From a virus (taxonomy: Duplodnaviria > Caudoviricetes), in IMG/VR virus record IMGVR_UViG_3300011339_000072, positions 1 to 28,410 of that record: a DNA stretch of 28,410 bases. One strand, written 5' to 3'. A program made the translations under genes and the position numbers. Under the pieces are notes generated by a model. That model had not been told where the DNA came from and did not search any database. It saw only the letters and a program-made list of their open reading frames with translations. Every line of letters begins with the position of its first letter. Positions within the stretch are counted from its first letter, which is position 1. Positions 17,000-25,362 of this stretch are shown here, one piece after another.

Positions 17000-17369
17000 T
17001 TGTTACCTCAACCCATGAAGTTGTTGGCTCGTCCCAGCGATAAAATTTACCCGCCTCAATTGGCATGGGTGTTGGGGCGTTCCAAATACATTTGGCTTCA
17101 TCAAGAACCCAAGATGCAAATGGCTTGGGTGCAATAAAAGCATCGCGGCCTGCATCGTATGTGTAGCCCATACCAGCGTAATTCTTACGATAAGGTATGC
17201 CGCCGTTGCTGTGAACGCCACCATAAGTGTTGTAACTTGTGCGTTTACACATTTGACCACGGAACTCGCCGTACCACTGCTCCCAATCAATACCGTCTTC
17301 GCCCTCGTTTTTGCCAACGATGACTTCTGTAACAAGATTGTTTGAATCTAAAAATGCGTAATGCGCCAT
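16992..17369 (-). CDS. Phage protein associated with glycine-rich fibre genes (125 aa)
   Basis: MAHYAFLD...KRTSYN...RKNYAGMGYTYD...DAFIAPKPFASW...WNAPTPMP...WDE. GGAG RBS. Possibly a fibre chaperone or accessory protein (inference). Confidence 0.7.
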   Translation of the reverse strand: MAHYAFLDSNNLVTEVIVGKNEGEDGIDWEQWYGEFRGQMCKRTSYNTYGGVHSNGGIPYRKNYAGMGYTYDAGRDAFIAPKPFASWVLDEAKCIWNAPTPMPIEAGKFYRWDEPTTSWVEVTNV

Positions 17370-17377
17370 GATTTCTC

Positions 17378-18523
17378 CTATGACAAAATAAATGTACCGC
17401 TACCAGCGGTAATGGTCGTGACTTTTTTGCTGCCAACCGTTACCGTGGACATTGTTAATCCTGATTGAGAAACAGTAAAGGTTGCTGGGCAGGAAATAAC
17501 AACAACACCTGAACCGCCAGCACCACCAACTCCAACAAGACCACACCCACCACCGCCACCGCCTGTATTTGCAGTTCCAGCAAAACCACTGCCGGTATCT
17601 CCACCATTACCGCCCCCACCTGTGCCGCCCGTGCCTCCATAGGCATTCGCACTGTGACGACCGCCACCTCCACCACCGCCGTAGTAAGTGCCACTAGATG
17701 CGGGCCACTCTATACCTACACCACCATTAGCAGAACTATTTGGAGTTGCACTACCGTTCTGACCTGCCGCACCCGCGCCACCGCCACCACCGATTCGGTA
17801 TGTTGCCGCCTGAGAACCTTCAACGTTTCCATACCCAATACCGCCACCGCTAGGGTTGGCTTGTGTCACAGAACCAGTAGGGAAGCCGTTTGCACCACCG
17901 GAACCCATAGAGCCACCACTTATCAGTCCAGCCCCACCTTGAGAATTATCACTGCCTCTACCGCCACCAGAAGCAGTAGATGTTCCAGCACCATGTGCAA
18001 AACTTGAATTTGACCCAGCGGTAGAACCCGGGCCACCACCGCCAACTGTTACCGCATAACTTGCCGCAGTAAAGGTAAAGCTATTGTAAATTACTAAACC
18101 GCCAGCACCACCCGCGCCACCGCCATCGTTAGCACCACCACCACCGCCGCCAGCCTGTACTACATACCAATCTGGAATATCAGGTGTCACACTGTTAGAT
18201 GCCGCGCTTGCAGAGCCAGTCCCACTTGCGTTTGTTGCGGTTACGGTAAATGTATAAGCCGTACCAGATGACAAACCAGAAACCGTAATTGGTGAAGATG
18301 CGCCTGTACCCGTAATTCCACCGGGGCTTGATGTAACTGTATAACCTGTAATTGTTGCTGGAATACCCAAGTTGCTTGGCGCTGTAAAAGTTACAGATAC
18401 CGATGTAGGACTAGCTTGTGTAGCCGTGCCAATAGTGGGAGCACCGGGAGGCGCAGGCCAAGTGCTAGCCGCAGTAGCTTGCATTTGCTGTCTTGATGTC
18501 CAAATTCCTGAATAATTAGGCAT
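17378..18523 (-). CDS. Fibronectin type III + glycine-rich domain protein, paralog A (381 aa)
   Basis: PGAPTIGTA...ITGYTVTSSPG...ITVSGLSSGTAYTFTVTATN...S is a clear FN3 pattern, followed by a Gly-rich domain. Confidence 0.85.
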   Translation of the reverse strand: MPNYSGIWTSRQQMQATAASTWPAPPGAPTIGTATQASPTSVSVTFTAPSNLGIPATITGYTVTSSPGGITGTGASSPITVSGLSSGTAYTFTVTATNASGTGSASAASNSVTPDIPDWYVVQAGGGGGGANDGGGAGGAGGLVIYNSFTFTAASYAVTVGGGGPGSTAGSNSSFAHGAGTSTASGGGRGSDNSQGGAGLISGGSMGSGGANGFPTGSVTQANPSGGGIGYGNVEGSQAATYRIGGGGGAGAAGQNGSATPNSSANGGVGIEWPASSGTYYGGGGGGGRHSANAYGGTGGTGGGGNGGDTGSGFAGTANTGGGGGGCGLVGVGGAGGSGVVVISCPATFTVSQSGLTMSTVTVGSKKVTTITAGSGTFILS

Positions 18524-18531
18524 TATTTATC

Positions 18532-19692
18532 CTATGACAAAATAAATGTACCAGTACCAGCAGTAATAATTGTTACCTTTTTGCTACCCTCTGTTACTGT
18601 CGTCATTGTTAATCCTGATTGAGAGACAGTAAACGTGGATGGGCAAGAAATAACAACAACACCTGAACCGCCATTGCCGCCAGCATTAGCACCGTTAATG
18701 CCACACCCACCACCGCCTCCACCTGTGTTTGCAGTTCCCGCAGAGCCGCTACCAGTGTTTCCGCCATTACCTCCGCCGCCTGTACCGCCTAAACCAAAGT
18801 TAGCCGCAGAAGAATGTCGTCCTCCTCCTCCGCCTCCGCCGTAATAAATACCAGAACCCGCAGGCCATTCTATGCCTGCACCACCATTGCCAGAACCATT
18901 TGCATTGACGTTACCATTTTGACCTGCCGCGCCAGCGCCACCGCCACCACCGGGACGATACGGGCTGAAATTCAAAGTACCTTGTATATTTCCATACCCG
19001 ATACCTCCGCCGCTAGGATTAGCTTGTGTTACAGTGCCAGTAGCCGGAGGTGCTCCTGATGAACCAGCAGAACCTACGGAACCACCACTTAGAATAGCAC
19101 CACCTTCAGAATTATTACCGCCTCTACCACCACCAACAGCAGTAGATGTACCCGCGCCATGTGCAAAACTTGACAGAGTTCCAGCCGTGGAGGCGGTGGG
19201 AGACACAGGAGAAGTACCGCCACCGCCTATTGATACTGAATAACTTGTAGCAGTAAAAGTAAAATTATTGTAAATTACAAGACCACCCGCGCCAGCCGCG
19301 CCACCGCCATCGCCATTACCACCACCTCCGCCGCCAGCTTGTACTAAGTAAAAATCTGTTGTGTAGTAGCTAACAGGAGTCACGCTGTTAGATGCCGCAC
19401 TTGCTGGGCCTGTACCAAAAGAGTTTGTAGCCGTAACTGTAAATGTATACGCCGTGCCAGTTGACAAACCTGAAACTGTAATAGGAGAAGATGCACCAGT
19501 ACCTGTAATTCCACCGGGTGATGAAGTGACTGTATAACCTGTAATGGCTCCGCCGCCCTGATTAGGCGCAGTAAAGGTTACAGATACCGATGTAGAACTG
19601 GCTTGTGTAGCCGCGCCAATAGTAGGCGCATCAGGTAATTTCAACCCGTTATAGGAAGCGGTAATAAACCCGCCGGGATAGCGTTGGGACAT
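18532..19692 (-). CDS. Fibronectin type III + glycine-rich domain protein, paralog B (386 aa)
   Basis: Same architecture and long identical stretches with 17378..18523, e.g. ITGYTVTSSPGGITGTGASSPITVSGLS and the GTFILS end. Confidence 0.85.
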   Translation of the reverse strand: MSQRYPGGFITASYNGLKLPDAPTIGAATQASSTSVSVTFTAPNQGGGAITGYTVTSSPGGITGTGASSPITVSGLSTGTAYTFTVTATNSFGTGPASAASNSVTPVSYYTTDFYLVQAGGGGGGNGDGGGAAGAGGLVIYNNFTFTATSYSVSIGGGGTSPVSPTASTAGTLSSFAHGAGTSTAVGGGRGGNNSEGGAILSGGSVGSAGSSGAPPATGTVTQANPSGGGIGYGNIQGTLNFSPYRPGGGGGAGAAGQNGNVNANGSGNGGAGIEWPAGSGIYYGGGGGGGRHSSAANFGLGGTGGGGNGGNTGSGSAGTANTGGGGGGCGINGANAGGNGGSGVVVISCPSTFTVSQSGLTMTTVTEGSKKVTIITAGTGTFILS

Positions 19693-19704
19693 CTTCTACC
19701 CCGA

Positions 19705-20103
19705 TCAGGAAATGACTTCGTACGAGATGCTGTATGTGATGCCGCTGGCTGTGCCAGATGTCACTGAAATTAATTGGTTTTCCATCAAATAAATGGCTGT
19801 TGTTTTATCCACAACAATAAGTGAAGCATCAGCAGGGACAGACACTGTAGATACAACCGGATAAGCTGTACCGCTTGCGGGGGCAGAGCCTTGCGTAGTA
19901 ACAGATGACCCAACATAAATAGATACCGTAGTATCTACCGCAGAAGTGCCGTTCACGTTGGCCGCAACGATCTGATTGATCTTAAAGACCTGACCGCTTG
20001 TAGAGGTGTTAGCCACCAAGATTACCGCAGTTATAGCGCTAGGTGTGAGATACGTTGTTGTGCCTGACGCTGTGGTCGCGGCGAAAAGATTTGGATTTGC
20101 CAT
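19705..20103 (-). CDS. Small beta-rich virion protein (132 aa), fibre-associated
   Basis: The real start is probably MANPNLF at 20103 with an AAGGAG RBS. The longer ORF-track start overlaps the upstream gene. Confidence 0.7.
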   Translation of the reverse strand: MANPNLFAATTASGTTTYLTPSAITAVILVANTSTSGQVFKINQIVAANVNGTSAVDTTVSIYVGSSVTTQGSAPASGTAYPVVSTVSVPADASLIVVDKTTAIYLMENQLISVTSGTASGITYSISYEVIS

Positions 20104-20113
20104 GTTTAACTCC

Positions 20114-20944
20114 TTAGAATCCGAAGACCATTGCGATTGCGGTAACTTTAGCCTGCGATACGCCTGCTGCCGCGAAAGAAAGATTACCAGTACCATCTGT
20201 AACAATGGCCTGACCAGCTGCGCCGTCTACACCGGGTAGTGTAAACGTTACATTAGTAGCAACCGTGCTGGGAGCTTGAAGCGCTACATACTGACCACCT
20301 GTTGTATCTTCAAAGCGAACATCGCCCTGTGCAGTGACGTTGACCTGCGTAGCTACAACTGTGCTTGGTGTGGTTGCACCAACAGAACCATTTAATGGGC
20401 CAGATAAACCTGCCGCAGTTAAGATAGTCCCGTTAAACGTCATATTGGCAGAACCTGCCAAGTTACCAGTACTGTTAAACTGAACCTGTGTATCAGAACC
20501 GCCAGCCGATGCGCCTACGCGCACGTAGTCTGTACCGTTAAACGCTACCAATGCTTTGTCAGCTACAGCAACCGTGACACCTGTCTGGCCACTTGCTTTG
20601 ATTGTGACTGAGCCGCCTGTAGCATCGTTAATTACAACGTAAGTTTTGCTGTAGCTTGGGGCTGTAATGACCTTGGTTGTAGTCAACGCACCCGATACAC
20701 GAACAACCGCGTGTTGGGCTGTAACTGTACCCGCACCCGCCAATGTAGACGTGATGTTGGAAGCACTGGCGCTACCTGTAGTATTTGCAAGAGTTACTGC
20801 GCCATCACCTGTCAGTGTCAGCGTAGCTGCAATAGCCAAGTTGGTATATTCAGTAATACCGTTATTAACAGTATCGCCCCACGTACCCGAGAGCGTGCCC
20901 TGCGTTGGGGTTAATAACCCTAGTTGTCCTGTCGTTGCTGCCAT
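20114..20944 (-). CDS. Putative tail fibre proximal protein (276 aa)
   Basis: N-terminal GTWGDTVN attachment-like motif, GGSDTQVQFN...LAGS fibre repeat, TFTLPGVDGAAGQAIVTDGTGNLSF repeat and C-terminal AIAMVFG. Confidence 0.65.
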   Translation of the reverse strand: MAATTGQLGLLTPTQGTLSGTWGDTVNNGITEYTNLAIAATLTLTGDGAVTLANTTGSASASNITSTLAGAGTVTAQHAVVRVSGALTTTKVITAPSYSKTYVVINDATGGSVTIKASGQTGVTVAVADKALVAFNGTDYVRVGASAGGSDTQVQFNSTGNLAGSANMTFNGTILTAAGLSGPLNGSVGATTPSTVVATQVNVTAQGDVRFEDTTGGQYVALQAPSTVATNVTFTLPGVDGAAGQAIVTDGTGNLSFAAAGVSQAKVTAIAMVFGF

Positions 20945-20953
20945 GTTCGTTCC

Positions 20954-21589
20954 TTACGAAGTATTTATATTCTGCCAAACTGTTGACTGTTTGTCATCAA
21001 TTAATTTCCAGTAAACAGCCACTACACTTCCAACACTGCCTGTTGCCCCGTTGCCCGTCAAACCAAACGTCCTAGGCGTGCCCATTGTTCCTACAGCGCC
21101 TGTTGAACCTATGCCAGACAATCCAACCGCTATTACGTAGCCTACGGTTCCAACAGAAGCCAACGCTTGGTTAGAGTTTAGCGGCACAATTGGCCCACCA
21201 ACAAAACCTTGCGCAACGTTACCTGTTATTCCTAAAGTGTTTGCAGCTACAACTGTACTTACATCCCCAATTGCCCCAATGCCTGACAGCGCTTTAGTAA
21301 CCGCATTTACTACAGACCCAACTTCACCAGAAGCTGCTACCCCTGTTAGCGCAAATGACAGGCCACCGGTTGAAACACTACCAACCTCGCCCGTAGCGCC
21401 TACGCCAGTAATTGCAAAGCCGTAACCAAACCCTACGTTAGTACCGCCCCAAACTCCGTCACCCCAAGCATCGCCACCCCAAGGTATACCATTTAAACCT
21501 GTCGCACTGACTCCCGTAAGCGCCAAACTAACGTCGTTAGTACCCCATGCGCCGTTGCCCCATGTTTCGGAACCCCATGCGACAGACAT
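20954..21589 (-). CDS. Repeat-containing virion protein (WG repeats plus about 8 LTGVxATGxVGxV repeats)
   Basis: Repeats are directly visible in the translation. Located in the tail module. Confidence 0.65.
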   Translation of the reverse strand: MSVAWGSETWGNGAWGTNDVSLALTGVSATGLNGIPWGGDAWGDGVWGGTNVGFGYGFAITGVGATGEVGSVSTGGLSFALTGVAASGEVGSVVNAVTKALSGIGAIGDVSTVVAANTLGITGNVAQGFVGGPIVPLNSNQALASVGTVGYVIAVGLSGIGSTGAVGTMGTPRTFGLTGNGATGSVGSVVAVYWKLIDDKQSTVWQNINTS

Positions 21590-21598
21590 ATACTACCT

Positions 21599-22099
21599 TT
21601 AAGATGTAGCGATACGCAACAACGCAGCAGCAGTGGTATTAGCAGGCATAGTCAGTGTGAACGTACCAGCGGTAATTGTTTGAGAACCAAAGGTATGAAC
21701 ACTGACAGCCGTATTGCCTTGCGTGGAGTTATAAATCAACAATGCGTCAAACGCAGTTGTCAAAGTCACGGTTGTGTACGTAATCGAAGCCGTAGGCGTT
21801 GTAAATGCAGTGCCAGCGGTTGTAGAGGTATTAGTAGCAGTTGGGGCATTCCATGCAGGAGAACCTGTAATCGTTACGCCACCAGCGGTATAACCTGTAC
21901 CCGACACTTCATTAGAAGCACTGTATGCGGTAGTACTTGCGTTCACCGTAGCAGAAGTTAAATACAAAGCCGCTTTAAACGTATCAACAGTGGGCGAAGT
22001 CAAACTGGCGCGCGAAACAAGCGTAATTGCTCCAAATTGATGCCCGCCATTGAGCAGTTGCCCCATAAACGAAGTGCACATTGCTTGTGTATTTGCCAT
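21599..22099 (-). CDS. Virion structural protein, paralog of 22294..22713 (166 aa)
   Basis: Shared TSF...G.H...D..K.ALY...TT.YSA.NE...G.Y.AGG...ALIYN.TQGN..V.V..FG...FT.TMPANT..A..IR. Confidence 0.7.
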   Translation of the reverse strand: MANTQAMCTSFMGQLLNGGHQFGAITLVSRASLTSPTVDTFKAALYLTSATVNASTTAYSASNEVSGTGYTAGGVTITGSPAWNAPTATNTSTTAGTAFTTPTASITYTTVTLTTAFDALLIYNSTQGNTAVSVHTFGSQTITAGTFTLTMPANTTAAALLRIATS

Positions 22100-22108
22100 G
22101 ATATTTCC

Positions 22109-22297
22109 TTATGTAAGAGACGCGGCTTCAGCCGAGAGTGTGACTGTTTGCTTTAACTGAACATGCGCCGAACGGTGGACAAGTTCGCCGTCCAACCAAT
22201 ACTCCACCCATGTGGTTGTTTCGTTGTCATTATCCAATGAACCTTCACGCTTTTCAAGCAATGATTCGTCCATATCACCTTTGGTTGTGGTAATCAA
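22109..22297 (-). CDS. Small acidic hypothetical protein (62 aa)
   Basis: AGGAG RBS; fills the gap between the two paralogs. Confidence 0.6.
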   Translation of the reverse strand: MITTTKGDMDESLLEKREGSLDNDNETTTWVEYWLDGELVHRSAHVQLKQTVTLSAEAASLT

Positions 22298-22713
22298 TTT
22301 GAACTCCTAATAAGAGCCGCCGTAGCGGTGTTGGCTGGCATTGTGATTGTAAACGTAGTAACAGATGTTTTGTCAGACCCAAAGTCCAACACAGCTACCG
22401 ACTTGTTACCTTGGGTGGCGTTGTAAATCAACGCGCATCTTGCGGTGATTGCGCCTGTCCAAGAGATGTTTGGGAAGCCCACATAGGCGGTGTATCCTGA
22501 AGACGACACCGTAATCGGTGTTAACTGCGCCCCGCCAGCAGAGTAAGTGCCTGTGTTAGCTATTTCGTTAGTCGCACTGTACACAGTCGTGTCTTCGTTT
22601 AAATCCGCGCTGGCTGTATACAAAGCAATCTTAATAACGTCAGTTGTCAAGTCGTGTATGCCTTGATACAACTGCGCCTTAAAACTGGTGGTTTGGGTCT
22701 GGATAATAGACAT
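22294..22713 (-). CDS. Virion structural protein, paralog of 21599..22099 (139 aa)
   Basis: Alignment by eye with 21599..22099. Directly follows the adaptor gene. Confidence 0.7.
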   Translation of the reverse strand: MSIIQTQTTSFKAQLYQGIHDLTTDVIKIALYTASADLNEDTTVYSATNEIANTGTYSAGGAQLTPITVSSSGYTAYVGFPNISWTGAITARCALIYNATQGNKSVAVLDFGSDKTSVTTFTITMPANTATAALIRSSN

Positions 22714-22714
22714 A

Positions 22715-23386
22715 TCAAGTTACCCTCTGACGGAACTGACCAGAACGGTACGCGTCTTGACGCTCCATACCATCACCCAAACGCTTGGCCAATGCAAGAG
22801 CTTCCATAAACTTCTGGTTGTATAGTGTCATCATGTCGGCCTCACCCTTCATGTAGGTGTAAGCCTCAACCAAAGACGCGTACAACAGCACCGTGTCAAA
22901 GTTATCACCCAACCATGTTTGGCCATCTACCGCAACCGTAATAGATTCTGGGTAGTAGTAATAGTGCAACTCAACACCGTAGCTTGCGTCGGCTGTCGGG
23001 CCAATTATGAACGAAAGCTCGTCATAAATTACAGAAGTTAATACCGTTGGGCCAAACAGTGCGTAGTACTTAGGTGTGCCTGTATCTGTGGGCTGTGGAT
23101 ATGCCTGACGAATAAAATTAACGTCTTTGTTAAGTAAGTACTCGTAGTTACCACTAGCGTCAATGACCGCCATAGAGTACACAGCCAAGAAGTCAAGGGG
23201 GCAGTCCAAATACTTTGTGTTTACCGCAATCGTGCTTGTCACGTTCTTGCGGATAGAGGGGAACTGAACCGAGTTATAAATACGCTGCTCAGCCTGCGTA
23301 ACGAACACGGGGATATTAGCCACGAAATCTGCTTCCGTGTTCTCCGTGTACGCTTGGATCGCGTTGCTGAGTGCGGTGTAATTCAT
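22715..23386 (-). CDS. Putative neck/head-tail adaptor protein (223 aa)
   Basis: MNYTALSNAI...FVTQAEQRI...GTPKYYA...GPTAD..Y...LLYASLVEAY. The helical ends around a beta core resemble podoviral adaptors. Confidence 0.6.
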   Translation of the reverse strand: MNYTALSNAIQAYTENTEADFVANIPVFVTQAEQRIYNSVQFPSIRKNVTSTIAVNTKYLDCPLDFLAVYSMAVIDASGNYEYLLNKDVNFIRQAYPQPTDTGTPKYYALFGPTVLTSVIYDELSFIIGPTADASYGVELHYYYYPESITVAVDGQTWLGDNFDTVLLYASLVEAYTYMKGEADMMTLYNQKFMEALALAKRLGDGMERQDAYRSGQFRQRVT

Positions 23387-23628
23387 GCCATCGGGCCTCT
23401 GGCAATCGTGCCTTTGGTTGCCGCGCCGTTACCACGGGTGACGATACCGGATGTCTTAGTGGTTTCGTTACCAGCCGCTTTGCTGATGTTGCCAATAGAC
23501 ATATTAACGGTGTCGGCTTTACTGCGGTTTGGGGAATTGCCGGGGTTTGTAGACGCAACAACAGGCGCACCACTCATGGTGTGGGGCTTGGCGTACGCAG
23601 AAGCAGGTAGATTGTTAATCTTGGCCAT
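23383..23628 (-). CDS. Small basic protein with C-terminal RGNGAATKG motif (81 aa)
   Basis: Start MAKINN at 23628, immediately after the upstream stop. ATGA overlap downstream. Confidence 0.7.
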   Translation of the reverse strand: MAKINNLPASAYAKPHTMSGAPVVASTNPGNSPNRSKADTVNMSIGNISKAAGNETTKTSGIVTRGNGAATKGTIARGPMA

Positions 23629-23629
23629 G

Positions 23630-23800
23630 TTATTTCCCCTGATTTGTAACTTTAGCCATACCGCGGCCATACTGAAGCATCATCTCATTGGTCTTACCAC
23701 CCTTGGCAAGCTTTGTGGGCTTTTTGCCGGGGTGCATATTCTTCTCGTGTTTACCAATGGCAGACTTCACCATCTTCTTGTCTTGTGTCATGTCTTTCAT
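23630..23800 (-). CDS. Small basic protein (56 aa, not in ORF track) with LAKGG motif
   Basis: MKDMTQDKKMVKSAIGKHEKNMHPGKKPTKLAKGGKTNEMMLQYGRGMAKVTNQGK*. AGGAG RBS; fills the gap exactly. Confidence 0.75.
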   Translation of the reverse strand: MKDMTQDKKMVKSAIGKHEKNMHPGKKPTKLAKGGKTNEMMLQYGRGMAKVTNQGK

Positions 23801-23809
23801 AACTAACTC

Positions 23810-24199
23810 CTAAGTAACTGTTACTGTAACTGTACCAACATTTGTTGTTGCCACCAAGTAATTCTGTGTCAAAGCAACATCAAAATTACTGGCCCCACCC
23901 ACAGGGTTCCAACCCCACTGAATATCCCGCGAACCGCCAGTCAAACTGCCACCAGCGTTAACACCTGCCGTAACGTACGTTGTGTCCTTGCGGGGATTAC
24001 GCACAGCCTGCGGATCATCCACTGGATACATACCCAACAACAACTGCGGCTGATCGGGATCAAAACACTGCGGGCACACAAGCAGATTATAAATCTTTGT
24101 CTTCTGTATCTCTTTACGCAGTGCCGTCAATTTGAACTGTTGGCCGCATCTATCGCACATGGCGATACTGTTTTTACCAGAAGCAAACCGATTGCCCAT
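23810..24199 (-). CDS. Putative zinc-finger protein (CxxC...CxxC), 129 aa
   Basis: CDRC and CPQC pairs, followed by D.PQ and a beta-rich tail. Confidence 0.7.
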   Translation of the reverse strand: MGNRFASGKNSIAMCDRCGQQFKLTALRKEIQKTKIYNLLVCPQCFDPDQPQLLLGMYPVDDPQAVRNPRKDTTYVTAGVNAGGSLTGGSRDIQWGWNPVGGASNFDVALTQNYLVATTNVGTVTVTVT

Positions 24200-25129
24200 T
24201 TACGTACCACTGCCAATAAACATTTGCCTCGGAACAAAACGAACCGAAGCCTTCTCACGATCTTCATCAGCGGCTAACTGCCAAGCTTCATCGTATTGTT
24301 GTTTCAAGACGGGCAGACGTTCAGCGCCATTCTCAATCTTAAGAGCCAAGTAATAGGCAAGACCTGCCACCATACAGGGCAGAAAACGGAAAGGTACGTC
24401 CATCGTGCGTACACCCCCGCCAGCATCATCAATACGGCGCATGCGCCAGTAAACAAACTGATACGTTACGCTGTTGTCTGGAGTTGGCCAGAGGGTCACA
24501 GAGGGCAGATTCTGCGTGAATACAGCCACACCTGTTAAATGCGTTGCAGCAGTCGTGCCGTTTTGCCCACGGAAGCAGTTATTAAGCACGTTGCCAGAAA
24601 TGTAACCGTACTGCACTGTCTCGTTTTCAATCAACAAGAACCCTGTAGCGGGTAATCCAACTACTGAAGTTAACGTAATTGTGGTGGCCGTAGCTGTAAT
24701 CCCGCCGTTAAGCGTGGTGCCAATGGAAGAAGTCTGGCCATCCAAACGCTGATACCACACCTGAATAGGGCGGGCTTGTTGCAGTTTGTTGGGGATTGTG
24801 GCGTACGTAGAAACACTGATACGCGTGATGGTTAGGTCAGACTGCGTGGATGCGCTACCCGCACCCGTGCGAATCACATGTTCCAGTAGATCCACCGTAT
24901 CTACGGGCAGTGCGTAGTTGTTTAGACCCGGAGTCAGGTTAATTGTCCCCTGCTCAAACGTCCACATATTGACACCACGGTTTGCCCAATCAGCAAACAT
25001 CAAGTTCAATGAACGACGTGCTGTACGTAAGTCGTAGCCCGTGCGCAACTCCGAACCGGCGCGTTCAAACGCTTCCTCAACCAACTCAGTGAGGTCAAGA
25101 TTAAACGCTGCGGTTCCTGAAGTGGTCAT
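24200..25129 (-). CDS. Putative head-tail connector (P22 gp4-like) with inserted beta domain (309 aa)
   Basis: ELVEEAFERAG...ARRSLNLMFADWANRG...WPTPD...VPFRFLPCMVAGLAYYLA is a connector-like pattern. Internal T/G-rich insertion. Confidence 0.6.
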   Translation of the reverse strand: MTTSGTAAFNLDLTELVEEAFERAGSELRTGYDLRTARRSLNLMFADWANRGVNMWTFEQGTINLTPGLNNYALPVDTVDLLEHVIRTGAGSASTQSDLTITRISVSTYATIPNKLQQARPIQVWYQRLDGQTSSIGTTLNGGITATATTITLTSVVGLPATGFLLIENETVQYGYISGNVLNNCFRGQNGTTAATHLTGVAVFTQNLPSVTLWPTPDNSVTYQFVYWRMRRIDDAGGGVRTMDVPFRFLPCMVAGLAYYLALKIENGAERLPVLKQQYDEAWQLAADEDREKASVRFVPRQMFIGSGT

Positions 25130-25362
25130 CTAAATCCTGCCGTTTTCTTTGCAATCGTTTTAGGTTGTGCTACGAATTGTTTACCGGCGGCTTTTCCGGC
25201 TCGCTTGGCTTTGGTCGTCGCAGCGTACTCACTAGCGCTGAGACTTTTGATCGCAGCTTTTGGAAGGTATCGTTCACCAGTGTCAGAAGATTTTTTACCA
25301 CTTTTGGTTGTCCAATCTTGTTTGCCCCAGTCTTTGAGGGACTGTTGCGGTTTTTTAATCAC
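25126..25362 (-). CDS. Small basic protein (78 aa), resembles second half of a DUF5872-like domain
   Basis: Probable GTG start at 25362 overlapping the upstream stop. Q.SLKDW..QDW.TKSG...ERYLPK.A...L...KQFV.QP. Confidence 0.65.
   Translation of the reverse strand: MIKKPQQSLKDWGKQDWTTKSGKKSSDTGERYLPKAAIKSLSASEYAATTKAKRAGKAAGKQFVAQPKTIAKKTAGFR

Noticed and set aside
17378-19692. Diversity-generating retroelement TR/VR pair
   Set aside because: Both copies are full genes, the differences are not restricted to adenines, and no reverse transcriptase is present in the window.
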